A stretch of 63,999 nucleotides of DNA, counting the filler, from Olpidium bornovanus S191 (taxonomy: Eukaryota; Fungi; Olpidiomycota), in NCBI GenBank assembly GCA_017911155.1. It is 32 parts of 32 records of this genome, joined end to end, with 100 filler letters (N's around TTAATTAATTAA, not from the genome) between each part and the next. Parts side by side here need not be neighbours in the genome. Positions count along the whole stretch, not along the records: positions 11,900 to 13,731 come from JAEFCI010011810.1; positions 13,832 to 16,392 come from JAEFCI010005771.1; positions 16,493 to 17,547 come from JAEFCI010000803.1; positions 17,648 to 18,716 come from JAEFCI010006488.1; positions 18,817 to 20,580 come from JAEFCI010000098.1; positions 20,681 to 23,613 come from JAEFCI010003109.1; 26 more parts are not named here. One strand, written 5' to 3'. The notes beneath the pieces were generated by a model. The model saw only the letters and a list, made by a program, of their open reading frames with translations. It made no database searches and was not told where the DNA came from. Positions 11,900 through 23,713 of the stretch are shown here, in pieces. A program made the position numbers and the translations under genes. Each line of letters begins with the position of its first letter. Position 1 is the first letter of the stretch.

Positions 11900-13620
11900 A
11901 ACATGTACACATTTATCTTCGTCAAATTGGCCGACTTTTTCGTCGCGTGACACTGACAACGTCTTAATTGGAGGACACCTAACCGCTTGCAGAATCGGAG
12001 CCACTACTCGATCGCGCGACGGCGCCTCGCTCATCTTCGAACAAAGCTCGTTGTCTTCCGGCAATGGTCCGTCCTCAGCTACGGACGCTTGCGCCGGCAC
12101 CGTGGAAGAAAAGATAGGTTCTTCGCGAACCATATCTGCGGGCAATTCAGCCGGTTCTGTTTGGATCCTCGCGTTATGACCGAAGGACTGGGCCGAAGGT
12201 TTGTCCGTCTGCATCCTTGGACTTTGAGGAAGCGACCCGACAGCCTCTGCCACGGGCTGAGTTTATAAGGCAGCAGAAAATGTGGTTGTGTTCAAAACTT
12301 CCGTGTTCAAAACGTCCGCACCTTTCCAGGCAACCAATCCCGTCCAATTGTTCGGCGCCAAAAACGAAATCGTTTACCTACCGTCTGCCCCTCGGGTCTG
12401 TATGCAGCTGGATCTGTTTGCACCCCAGCGTCACGCCAGGACGACCGAGCTGAACATCGGTCAATGTGAATATCCAAATTCTGAACTGGCCGGACGGCAT
12501 CTCGTTCTTGTTCAGTCTGAAAGGCAAAGGGAACAAGAGCCGGAAACATCGATCTCAGTCAACTCCAGACTATCGAAGCACAAACTGAAACCAATCCGCC
12601 TAGACATCAGCGCCTTGAGACAAACGTCTGCACCTACGGTTTGCACCTCGGCAGCGTGAACGGGGGAACGGACAGTTTGCAGCTCGGCACTGTAAACAGA
12701 CATGCGGGATGTCTGAACCTCGGCGGCGCAAACCGGCGATCGTATGATCTGCATACTTGAATTGTCAACTGGCGAAGTCTCCGTCTGGACCCTGGCGTTA
12801 CGGCCCGCCGCCAACAGCCGCGCTTCGAGGTCCTGCTCGGTCTGAAGTTTAGCACTAAGGATCGGCGACTTTACTGTCTGCCCTGCGGTGATCTGCGTCG
12901 TTGATTGCGTCGTAGACGGATCCGTTTGTACGCAGGCGTTGCAGCCCGGTTCAGGCGGAAGACAGTGTTCCACCGCCGCTGTCTGGGTGCCCTCGCTTGT
13001 CAGATGAGGTTTCCTAACCTTCGCGAAAGGCGCAGACGGCTCGCAGGTAATGCTTGCATCGTCCATTTGCGTAAAATTCTCGTGAACCAGAGATCGCCCG
13101 TGCTCCAGGCACGGTTCTCGAGAGGCGGAAGCGTGTCGTTCAGTTGGCAAACGGCCCGAATTTCTCACTGGCGACGAATCCCGCGAGCGATCGCGCAGGG
13201 ACGGTGTTGATTTAATCTTGCTGACCCGACCAGAGATCTTCCCGGGAGACGACGATCTGGACGCGCTTCGGGATCTGGATCTATGTCGCACACATGCAAA
13301 CCAAATGTGCACGCCGCGTCAGGTTCAAGAAAATTTTCCATGTCGCCGAGATTTAGTCGAACGCTCTCTATGTCGAACGCTGTCCCTTTATCACAGCGCG
13401 TGTTCCTCACGCTCACGTACGGTGGGGACCAACCCGCGTACATGTTTTCCAGGGCGTGGGGACGGATAGTTGTCCGCCGCAGGAAGACGGGCTCCTGTGC
13501 AACCCTGACGTTGTAAAAGTGGTTGGGCGTCCGGCAGGGCGATGGGGTGCGACTGCGTTTCGGAGGAACAGCCCGGTTCGCGGCAGCCGCACTGCGTCGC
13601 CGACCGCGGACATGCACTTC
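11900..13620 (-). CDS. Low-complexity protein with about 12 (V/I/L/M/T)QT(D/E) motifs; spliced and partial
   Basis: Three ORF segments joined by GT-AG introns (about 13420-13282, 12635-12515, 12380-12260). Motifs include NACVQTD, NARVQTE, DAGVQTD, NARIQTE, AAEVQT x2. Confidence 0.6.
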
Positions 13621-13831
13621 AGCGTTCCGACCGGTCTCGGGCTTGGCGCGGGAAGCGGCGGCGGCTACACGAGTCTTAGTCTGGCCCCTGACGGTTGCAC
13701 TTCGAGGTTGATTGAAGCTAAAGATGTTGCGNNNNNNNNNNNNNNNNNNNNNNNNNNNNNNNNNNNNNNNNNNNNTTAATTAATTAANNNNNNNNNNNNN
13801 NNNNNNNNNNNNNNNNNNNNNNNNNNNNNNN

Positions 13832-15213
13832 TCATGAAGCCGGTAGGAAGACTCCCCCGGATTTGCCGAAGCTGATACGTTTTCCGAACCGCACCATAAC
13901 GAAGCCCACCAATCGGTCCGCAGAATATACGTCAGCCTCAAGCCATTTGCATATCGCCAAAAACCCGTCAGTAAATCGTATTTCCACTCACTTCTTGGAC
14001 AGAGCGAACGCACGCGCTGAGTTCCTTCCAAGCGCTCCAATTGTACTGATCCTCTTGCACCGCGCAAATTAGCGAACTCGTCGCTTCGTCAATCTGCTTC
14101 TTATGACGGTGTACCACGCCGATTCTTTGGTCGAAATCGCACGCTTAGCATCACATCAAGCCTAACATTTATGCTTTTGAGCAATGCTTCTCTATTATGA
14201 ACTGATACTGGAAGCAACGTACAAGTAATAAATAAAGGTATCTGCCATCCCAGATTCCAGATATCTCTTAAGATCAATCAAGATTTCGTCGAATTCCTTG
14301 TTGAACGCGCGATGGTTCTCGGATCGACCTGCAAAACAGGCAACCAAGGGGAACGGTGGGTGAGAAATGTACGGACAAAATTCCGGCGAATTCGCGCTCC
14401 GTGCTCACCTAGTACTTCCCTCATAGCCTCCTCTTTTCTCTGCTCGCCCACCTGAGTGAGACACGTTTCATTATCAGCAATTTGAAAACGAGCGGGAGAG
14501 CACGCCGCAGCCCTGATCACAGGTCGGCCGCCGCTCGAATTTAGTAAAGCCTCACCAAGTACTTTGAGTAGTATCTCAGGAATACTGCCTTCGGGCCTGA
14601 GCATCCCTCGAGTTCGGCGGCAGCTCTGCTGAACTCGCGCAGGTCGAAGGAACACTTCGCAGCATGGTACACGTCATCCTCGCGCTCATCCTCCACTTCG
14701 TCGCGCAATTGCACGGGCTCCCTGGATCGCTTCGCAGCCGACAAGGAGACCAGGGCGTTCACCGCATCTGCTGTCCTGTAACGGAGCCAGCATTTGCGAG
14801 AAAACGCGCGGAACGGCGTCAAGTTCGCTCCCGCGTCCAACCTTAAACACCCGCAACGCGACAGCGCTTGAGTTCGCTGAAATCTCCGGTAGAGCTGCGG
14901 ACGATGTATCCCGCGCGTGTCTCCGGCACGTCCCTGTCACCCATTGAGGTGGGGTTACGTCGAGTCTGGCCTATTGTCGGATAGGTCCGGGGTTTGCTCG
15001 CGACGGCCGCACCTGCTTGGCAACGGTCACCGTCGAGACGGACACCTACCACTTGGCACCGTGATACAGTCCACGATCCCTGGATCGTATCACGGCCCTC
15101 CTCAGCTGCTCGCGTATCAGGCCAGGGTCCGCGTCCGGGTATGCGACGGCGAGAAAGGCCTCCTCAACAGGACGTGCGCCGGGACCACCGGGGGCGCCGG
15201 TGAGCAGCGACAT
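13832..15213 (-). CDS. CDC23: Anaphase-promoting complex subunit 8 (Cdc23), N-terminal part
   Basis: Exon 1 IREQLRRAVIRSRDRGLYHGAKW| joins TADAVNAL, then YHAAKCSFDLREFSRAA..FLRYYSKYL|VGEQRKEE, then YNWSAWKEL. Confidence 0.9.
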
Positions 15214-16842
15214 AAGTTCCGAACGGGCTGGTTTTCCAAAGGGCAGCGCAGGCGCGCGCGCAGTCCTCGGGAGGTCTCCGTCAGTGCGCAGTCCGAAGCT
15301 TCTTCCAACCCGGGCGCGTTTTTGCGCCAGGCCTCGGGCGCGGCGGAGTTTTCTCCGTTGTCGTCGGCAAGGCGCAGCCGGACCAAACCGCCAAAAAAAA
15401 AAAAAAAAAGGCCGGAAAAGCGATTGGGCACGAGAGGGAAGGAAGGGCGGGACACCCCCGACAATCCAAAAAAGCGCTCTCGTGGAAGAGAGAGGAAAGT
15501 GCCGACGGGTGCGAGCGGACGCTGCTCGATACCAATGTGCCGTACACGCGCACAGCTGCCAGCATTTTCCCAGCTGGAACTCTGTGTCCATGCAGACCGG
15601 CCGTGGGTGCCCGGGGGATTCACCACAGACAGGGTGCAGCCTTTGGCGACCACGGGAACGGTGGGGACATGGCAGCCACTGTGACGGCTGGCTGCAGGCA
15701 TCCGGCCGAGCGCTGCATCCGAGGCACATTAGTGCTCCGACTGCAGCGAGGCATGGAATTTCCGCACTCATGGGTTCCTCCTCCTCCTCGCAAGGGCGGA
15801 AAATGTCCATGGAGGTGATGGTCAAATGCACGTGCATCAAGTCGAGCGAGGGTCAGCCTTTGTCATGTAAAACGAGCTTGGCTGCTATAGGTGAACTGAT
15901 AGTCCGATAGATAATGTCATCCCTAGCCTGAGTCAGCAAGCGCAGCACTCAAAACGAAAGTTTTGAACCACTCGCAATGCTGTTTTGCTGTGGTGTTAAA
16001 CGGATAAATCAATTGCATTTCGCTTATAAACACTGCTGGATTTCTCTACGGCTTTGTTGAAGAGCTCATCGAAAGTTTGGGATGCGCAGAATGCGCGCGC
16101 ACCCACGCGGAGTTGGAGGCGTTGGAGTCCCTGCCGCCAGCAAACGAGTCTGACGTCGATGCAGTGATCCTGGGCCGCTATGCACAAACTACCAATTCAC
16201 TCCTGTACGTCGCAATGCACGCTCGGGTCGGCCATATCATTCGTGGTGGCGTTTTACCTCTCACGATTCACGCATGTACCAACGGCAGAACATTGGGTGG
16301 GCGTAAAGCGAACTGATCGGTATTTGAACGGGATACATAATAAGTGTAATTATATGATGTACGGATCCTTTATAAATAGGCAAAGGTTCAAANNNNNNNN
16401 NNNNNNNNNNNNNNNNNNNNNNNNNNNNNNNNNNNNTTAATTAATTAANNNNNNNNNNNNNNNNNNNNNNNNNNNNNNNNNNNNNNNNNNNNCCTGTTTA
16501 GCCCCCCACCCCGCGCGGGCGCGCGGGGGGCCTTTGCCCGCCCATGGGAGTTTCGCGCTCCCCTTCCAAGGGTTTCGGCTGGGGAAGCCTTAAGGGCCCC
16601 CCCCTCCCCCCCCCCCCCCCTTTGTTCTTTAGAACTGGTCTGTGTTCCCGATCCATCGTGGAAATTATCCCCCTTCTTTCCTTCTCTCTCGCTCCCTTCC
16701 CCGCCTCTTTCTCCCAGCTTCCCCCCCCCCCCCCCCCCCCCCCCCCCCCTTTCCCCCCCCCCCCCCCCCCCCCCCCCGCAAATCTGTATAACGCCGATGA
16801 TGCTGTCAATACGCCGTTCTTGTGTCCTTGTCACTGTAGAGA

Positions 16843-17125
16843 TCCTTACAACACCGAACGCATGCATCATCTTTCGTCTGCGTAATGTCGATGAAACTCA
16901 TTACCCCTTCCACGCGGAGGACTCAAACTGGTGGGCTCTTCCCCACTTTTGCCGTTCCGAAGTGTCGATCTTTATTGGCCTGTATGTCGTCGGTGACTTC
17001 GTCAACCGTTTGGTGGAGGTATGTCTTTGACCCCAGGAATGTATTGCCGAAGCGGCCCTCTCCGGCCAGCAAAGTCAAATCACAAGATGCCCCGTGACTT
17101 TATTCCGCTTGGTATGTACGCCCGC
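16843..17125 (+). CDS. Unidentified spliced coding fragment
   Basis: Open exon-like stretch ..HYPFHAEDSNWWALPHF..GDFVNRLVE ends at a GTATGT donor; next micro-exon MPRDFIPL also ends at GTATGT. No family recognised. Confidence 0.3.
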
Positions 17126-18250
17126 AATCGGGTTGGCCGCACCGTCACTGCTCTCGCTTTATGGTGACGAATGACGACGTCAGAAATACCGGGACATATT
17201 AACTAGTCCAGCCACTCGTTGAATCACGTGATGGCACAATGGATAAGCTCGGATGATCCGCAACGAGGTTGGCGCAGCGGTGATGTCGCGGCGGCTCAAC
17301 GGCCGTGATGGCGACGGCGACGGCGCAAGGGGAGGGGAGGGGCGGGGGCTGCGGAGAACGCGACCGCAGGGGGAGAAGAAGGACGGGATGGGGGGGGGGG
17401 GGGGGGGGGGGGGGGGAGGGGGGGGGGGGTGGGAATTGTTGGAGAAAGGGGAAGACCCGAGCGCAGCTCCCGCGGGAATCATCCCCCCCCCCTTTCTTTC
17501 TCCTGTAAACCCGGCACGCAAACGCCACACAAAACAAACCGAAAACCNNNNNNNNNNNNNNNNNNNNNNNNNNNNNNNNNNNNNNNNNNNNTTAATTAAT
17601 TAANNNNNNNNNNNNNNNNNNNNNNNNNNNNNNNNNNNNNNNNNNNNCTTTATGAAAGCCGCCCTCGTGGCGGAGCGTCGGCGTAGGCCCTCCCCTCGGT
17701 AGGCCTTCGCCCGTTCCTCTTCTTCCTTCCGGTCACGCCCTCGCCGGAAAAAGGCAGGGGGGGGGGGGGGGGGGGGCGGGCGGAGGGGGGGGGGGGGGGG
17801 GGGGGGGGTGCGGGGATTGTGTGTGTGCGTGGGGGGAGGAGGAATGGGTGAGTGCCGCCGTCGGAGCTTTTTGGGAGGAGAGGGCCGGCCTGGATAAGCC
17901 GTGCCGGGCTTTCGTTTTTTTTTTCTTTCTTTTTTGTTCCACGCGTTCACGGCTGTTCCCCCCGCGCCCTCGCGTTTTTCTTCCCGCCTACCTTCCCCCC
18001 CCCCACCCTCCCCACTTCTTCCCCTTCGCCCCACCCGCGCAAGGTTCAAGTCTGTTTTTTTGAGAGTATTCCCCGCAGAGTTCGTCCCTGCCTCCCCCCC
18101 TCGTCTTCTTCCCTCTCGTCGATGCAGTCTCGGCGTCATCGCCGTACGCTTCCCCCACTCCTTCCCCGTTGCCATGAGATTTCGCGCGTCTTTCGATTGC
18201 GGCGCCAAAACGGAGGCAAAAAGGCTGCGGACCCTGTCCCTCTCTTTTCG

Positions 18251-18500
18251 GAAAAAAAGAGAGCGGCAAAAGAGCGAGAGGGGAAGAGAGAGAGAAAGAG
18301 AGCGGCAGAAGAGCGAGAGAGGAAGAGAGAGAGAAGAGAGCGAGAAAGAGAGAGAGAAACAGAGAGAGAAAGAGAGAAAGAAAGAGAGAGAGAAAGAGAA
18401 AGAGGAAGAGAGAGAAAGAGAGAAAGAAAGAGAGAGAGGAAGAGAGAGAGAGAGAGGGAAGGAAGGAGAGAGAGAGAGAGAGAGAGACGGAAACAGAGAG
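18251..18500 (+). repeat. (GA)n-rich microsatellite / purine tract
   Basis: Directly visible AG/GAAA reiteration. Confidence 0.9.
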
Positions 18501-18646
18501 AGCGCGCCTCGTTCTCTTCATTTCAACCTTGGTTTTTTTTTCCTCCCTTACGCGAGGAGAGGATAAACAAACTCACGCGCGGCCCCGCAGCAGTTGAAAA
18601 TGGGGGGGGGGGGGGGGGGGGGCGGCGCCGGGCCTTTTGGACCCAC

Positions 18647-18716
<70 letters not shown>

Positions 18717-18816
18717 NNNNNNNNNNNNNNNNNNNNNNNNNNNNNNNNNNNNNNNNNNNNTTAATTAATTAANNNNNNNNNNNNNNNNNNNNNNNNNNNN
18801 NNNNNNNNNNNNNNNN

Positions 18817-19697
18817 CATGTACTGGATCTTGGAAACTTCAAATTTCAGAAACCTTGGAGAAGAAACGACACAAAGCCGACGGGTGTCAACGCGGAATCT
18901 CCACTTCGCTCGGACAAAACACGCCTTTCTGCCCGACCTACCCGAAGTCGTGCACAGGATCACTGATGCAAAAATAAAAACGGAAACAAACACGGTCAGG
19001 ACGAGGACACGGGAAGTTTCAGTGCGACAGCAAACCAAGCTGAGCAGAGCCAAGACTGCGGTATGACGACTGACCGGTATATCGGGAACACGTCGACTTC
19101 CTCGTGGTCATGCGCGACCATCTCCCCAACAAACGGACCCGCGCACGCGACGTGACGGTTTGTCAGAACGATGCCGCGTTTGCAGTCGACAATGAAGCCG
19201 CTCGCCTCCGAAGTCTCGGGCCCCTCCGTGTCGAAGGCGGCGACCTGCGAGAAGCGGATTGACACGATGGCCTTAACGGCCTCCGGGATAGTCTTCTGCC
19301 ACTGGCTGGAGTTGCTGGCGGGCTCGGCCGAGAGGCCGCCGTTGACCGACGAGGGTCCCATGGGCGAGAACACCCCGCTACCGCCGTCGCCGGCAGACTC
19401 GGAAGCGTCGAGCATGTCCGCGTCCGACGGCGGCGACCCAGGGGCGGGGACTGCGACGGGGGGTTCGTGCGGCTGACGCGGGCTGCTGCTGCTAATCTGC
19501 TGGTTCTCGTTGAAACACGGCCTCCTCCTCTTAAGCGGGCGGGACTGCGCGGCGTCGCCTCCGGAGCGCTGGGTCTGGCCGGGGCTCGTCGGCACGGCGG
19601 CGGCAAGCCGGCGGAAGTCCCTTCTGACGTGCCCGCTGTCGACCTCCTCTGGCGCCTTGATTCCCTCCTCGCCGGCAGAGTCGTGGCTGTCACCCAT
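18817..19697 (-). CDS. NMA111: HtrA-family nuclear serine protease Nma111, N-terminal part
   Basis: WQKTIPEAVKAIVSIRF..FDTEG..SEASGFIVD..GIVLTNRHV..GPF..HEEVDVFPIYR|DPVHDFG|FLKF; ATG at 19697. Confidence 0.93.
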
Positions 19698-20321
19698 TTC
19701 GTCTCGGGAGCCGAGGGGGTTGGGGGTGGGGGGCGGAGCTTCTTCGGAGCTATGCGGCGTTCGTCCCGGTACCGCGCGCGCGCGTGTGTCGTCACCGCCG
19801 CCCGCCGCCGCCGTCGTTCCTCGGCCGTTAAAAAAAAAAAGGGTGATTTCCCAGTGGAGGAAAATCCCCCGGTTCCTTTTTTCCTTTTTTCTTTTTTTTT
19901 CCGCGTGGGTCGGGTCGGGGGGGAAGGGGATGGGGGAAAGGCGAAGGGGAGGAGGGGAATTGGAAGGTAAAAAAAAAAAAATCATTCCCGCCCGCCAATG
20001 CGCACGCACGCAGGGGCACACGTCACCGCGCCGAAAACGCAACCTTCCGCCCACTGGTTTTTGTCGAGTCCGAAACGGTCCACCCGCCGCCCGACCTTCC
20101 CCCCCCGCCTTCCCCTCTCCTCTCCGCTTCCCCGCGGCAGAAAAGTCATCACGCCGCGTGCCCACCCTCTAAGTCAAAACGCTTCAAAGCAGTTGTTTTG
20201 AGTCGCATGCCATAACTTGTTAACGATCGAGTCTTCGATCGCGTCGCCAACCGACCCCCACCGACCGTGCCGTCAACGTTTCCATCGACGTCCGACCCCT
20301 GCCGCGCCATCAGCTTTGCCG

Positions 20322-20519
20322 CACGCTTGGTGCCTCGTCGCCGTCTCGCGCCGCAGGCCAACATTACCATCAGTACCAGTATTAACATTTTTGATGGTGT
20401 ACACGGTTTGCAATCTTGCCGCAACACGCTTGGTGCCTCGCCGTCTTGCGCCGCAGACCAACATTACGGTCAATTCCAATATTAACATCGTTGATGGTGT
20501 ACACGGTTTGCAATCTTGC
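20322..20519 (+). repeat. Two-copy tandem duplication, 100-bp period
   Basis: CCGCAG(G/A)CCAACATTAC at 20351 and 20451; TTGATGGTGTACACGGTTTGCAATCTTGC is identical in both copies. Confidence 0.9.
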
Positions 20520-20695
20520 ACGGAGGCACACGTGCGCAATAGGCCGGAACTTTAACGTGGACTCTGCATAGGGCGCATGCNNNNNNNNNNNNNNNNNNNN
20601 NNNNNNNNNNNNNNNNNNNNNNNNTTAATTAATTAANNNNNNNNNNNNNNNNNNNNNNNNNNNNNNNNNNNNNNNNNNNNCCCGCCGCCTCTCTT

Positions 20696-23314
20696 TCATT
20701 TCGACATCTGCTTGGAGAAAAGGAACGCGACCACGGCGACGCCGATGCCGACCGCGCACGGCAGGAGTAGGCCCTCCAAGCCCGCCGCAAGGCTACCGAC
20801 GGGCTTCCCGTCTCCTCGGCGAGCCTCGCTGCCGCGGCGCCGCCTGACCTCGCTTTCGACGGTCTTCTCGTCGTTTTGTCCCAGCGACTCCCACTCGCCC
20901 GCCGCCGTCCTGGCGCTGACAAAAAGCGGCAAGACCGGCCAGCCGCACATCCTCGCCACCTGCACGGCGTCCTGCAGGTCCTCGTCCTTCGCGACCACGA
21001 CCTGGTCGTTCTCGTCGTCGAGGTAGCTGATTTTGATGGCATGCCTCGCGCGTCCGGCTGGGCTCGGGACGACGCCTCCCTCGGTGGCGGGACGGGCGGA
21101 AAGAACTTCCGGTCCCGAAAAGTCGTCGCCGACGTCTGGCCCGTGCAAGTGCACCCTCTCCCGGATGCTGCACAGGAGTTCAGCCAGCGTCGTCCTGCTC
21201 GTCACCGTAAACCGGTGAACCGCCCCCGACCTTTCGCGGAACTTGAACACGAACCCGTCGCGGGCTTCTGCGGCGGCGCCGTCGTCGGCGGCTGCCGACG
21301 ACGCCGCGGGCCGGGCTCCTGCGCCAGCCTGCAGCGGCAGCGATAATGACGACACCGACCGCGATTTCGCCATAGGTTCGAGGCCGATTGCGGAAGCCTC
21401 GTCTCGCTGCGGCAGGTGCCCAGGCAAACCCTGGTATGCGCCCTGAGCTGTGTCTGACAGCACCGACTCCGTGACCTCGCCGCCGGCTTCCGCCAAAAAA
21501 TCGCGTGCGGCAAATTCGGATACGGACGCGGAGTGGACGGAGGCGACCTCTTCCGCCATAAACGTAGACTGCCAGAACTTATTCCACATCGGCCCGTCGG
21601 ACTCGGCCGCAGACATGTTCTTGATCTGGATTCGAAGCCCCAAAGCTTACTGAGCACCGTAATCTTGGGTAAAACGGTAACGTGCGCCCCACCCCGTGAC
21701 CGAACCGGCTTCACCTGTTCCAACATGGCGTAGGTCAGCTGCAAAACGTCCGTCATGCCGATGAGCCCGTTCGCTTCGTTCACGACGGGCAGGTGCAAGT
21801 ATCGACTGGCTGTGGCAAAATGCAACACGGCCGAACAGTGAAAACGCCTTTCGCGGAGGCGTTCAGACGGCACTAAGAACGATATCGACGTACCGTGCAT
21901 CCTGTGCAAAGCTTGAAGGATGGTCATCTCGGTGCTCGCTGTGTCCGGATGGGGAGTCATGACTCGCACCAGAGACGTGTTGCTGGGATCCAAACCGGCC
22001 GCGACTCCCCTGCAACGAGAGGGGGAAAAATACAGACCGAGCGGCATTATCAGTCGCGCCCTCGAAAAAAAGCGCAGTTACGCGGGCGATCGCCTACCGC
22101 ACGACGCAGTCTTTCGTCGTAAAAATTCCAGCCAGGCGTCCGTTCTCTGTGGCAAGCACCGCAGTCTGGTGGAACGCCTTCATGATCCTGACGGCCTCCC
22201 TGACCGACTCCCTCACGTTCAGGTCGTTAGGGCGGGTCTCCGGCCGGACGACGGAGGCCAGCGTCGGGCAGGCCATCTTTTCGCGCATGTGGTTGACGAA
22301 CTCCGTCACCGCCTGCGGCGCGGTGCCGGCGAAGCTGTCCATGATGGCCACGGCGTCGACGAGGCGCTGGCTGTCGCCGTGGGCGCGCTCGAGCTTTTCC
22401 AGCGCTTCGTACAGGCACCTGGTGATGTCGAGGACGCCGACGACGTCCCCGCCCTCGTCTTGCACGGGAAGATGCCGGTAGTTCCCGCTGGCCATCTGGG
22501 CGAGTGCGTCGGTCGCCATGGCCGTGTCCGTGCAGCAGTCCGGGTTCGGAGTCATCCCCTGCGCGATCGAAGTCCCGCGCGGGTCCAAGCCCTCGGCGAC
22601 GACTCTGTAAGCCAGGTCTTTGTCCGTGAAAATGCCCGAGAGCGCTCCCTCGAAGTTTGTGACCAGGACGCAGTCGCTTGATGGCAATAAAGAGACGACC
22701 AGGTGAGAGGCCGACACAGAAACACCGCCTGTTCCCCGGGTCCCGGCGCGCGCGCTGATCGCGCCTTCCACTTAAGCCAGACTCACCAGCGTTTGGCAGC
22801 CATGAGCTGAGCGGCGTCCACCACGGACGAAGTCTCCTCGACGGTGATTGCAGCCGACGGACGGAGTGCCGAGACGGTCCCCTGCGGTCTCCCCAAGGTG
22901 CCGGCTCTGCTGCGGCTCCGGTCGGCAGCCAGGTTTTTCTGATGCCTTTTCTTCCTCGCCAGCTCGACTTCCAGCTTTTTCCTGATGGCATCGTCTTTCT
23001 TCGCTTGGCTGGAAGAACATTCAAAAAAAAAAAAAAAGTTCAGCCCTGCGCAAGAAGCCGGCGCAACCCAGCGGGTGAAGAAGGCTTCTGTACGCGGGAA
23101 CGGCGCCAGAGCCCCCCATTTCTTCCCCCCCCCCCCCCCCCCCTCCCTAACAAAAACGGAAAGCCGCCGGGCCCCCTGCTGCTGCTCACCGCCGCCTGGC
23201 CGACGCGCCGCCGGCGCCGCTATCCGGCGTCGCGGGGGATGAGCCGGCCGCGTCGACGGCGCCTGAGAAAGCCGGCGCCAGGGCCCCGGACGCGCCGCGC
23301 TCCGCCCGCAGCAT
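20696..23314 (-). CDS. CBS(x4)-PB1 domain protein with C-terminal TM anchor (Mug70-like), probably complete
   Basis: RQAKKDDAIRKKLE..; GIFTDKDLAYRVVA..MTPNP..YRHLPV; GIFTTKD..VMTPHPD..YLHLPVV; PB1 FVFKF..HRF..ISYLDDEND.V..D.DL..AV; hydrophobic tail; ATG at 23314, stop at 20696. Confidence 0.9.
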
Positions 23315-23402
23315 GGCGGGAAACCCTCGGACAGCCGAGTCACCGATATCTCCTGCGGCGTCGGGAGGAGGAAAAGCGCGCTCTTCGGTGCGTGCGTTTT
23401 AC

Positions 23403-23434
<32 letters not shown>

Positions 23435-23713
23435 TTTTCTTTTTGCTCGCGCTGTGGCCGCGGGTGTTCACCTCGGCGTTCGTTACTATGATGCATGTCG
23501 GGTGCGTTTGTTCCCCCAACACCCCCCCCACCACCTCCGCGTGCATTCCGCGCGTCACGTGACTCGAGGTCCCGGCGTGATCTCTCCGTCCAATGCGGAG
23601 GAGGAGGAGGGAANNNNNNNNNNNNNNNNNNNNNNNNNNNNNNNNNNNNNNNNNNNNTTAATTAATTAANNNNNNNNNNNNNNNNNNNNNNNNNNNNNNN
23701 NNNNNNNNNNNNN

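Noticed and set aside
16030-16316. CAEC..H and HARVG as an Erv1/ALR sulfhydryl oxidase
   Set aside because: Spacing differs from CxxCxxH, HNxVN is not met, and a GTACGT donor suggests the second motif is intronic.
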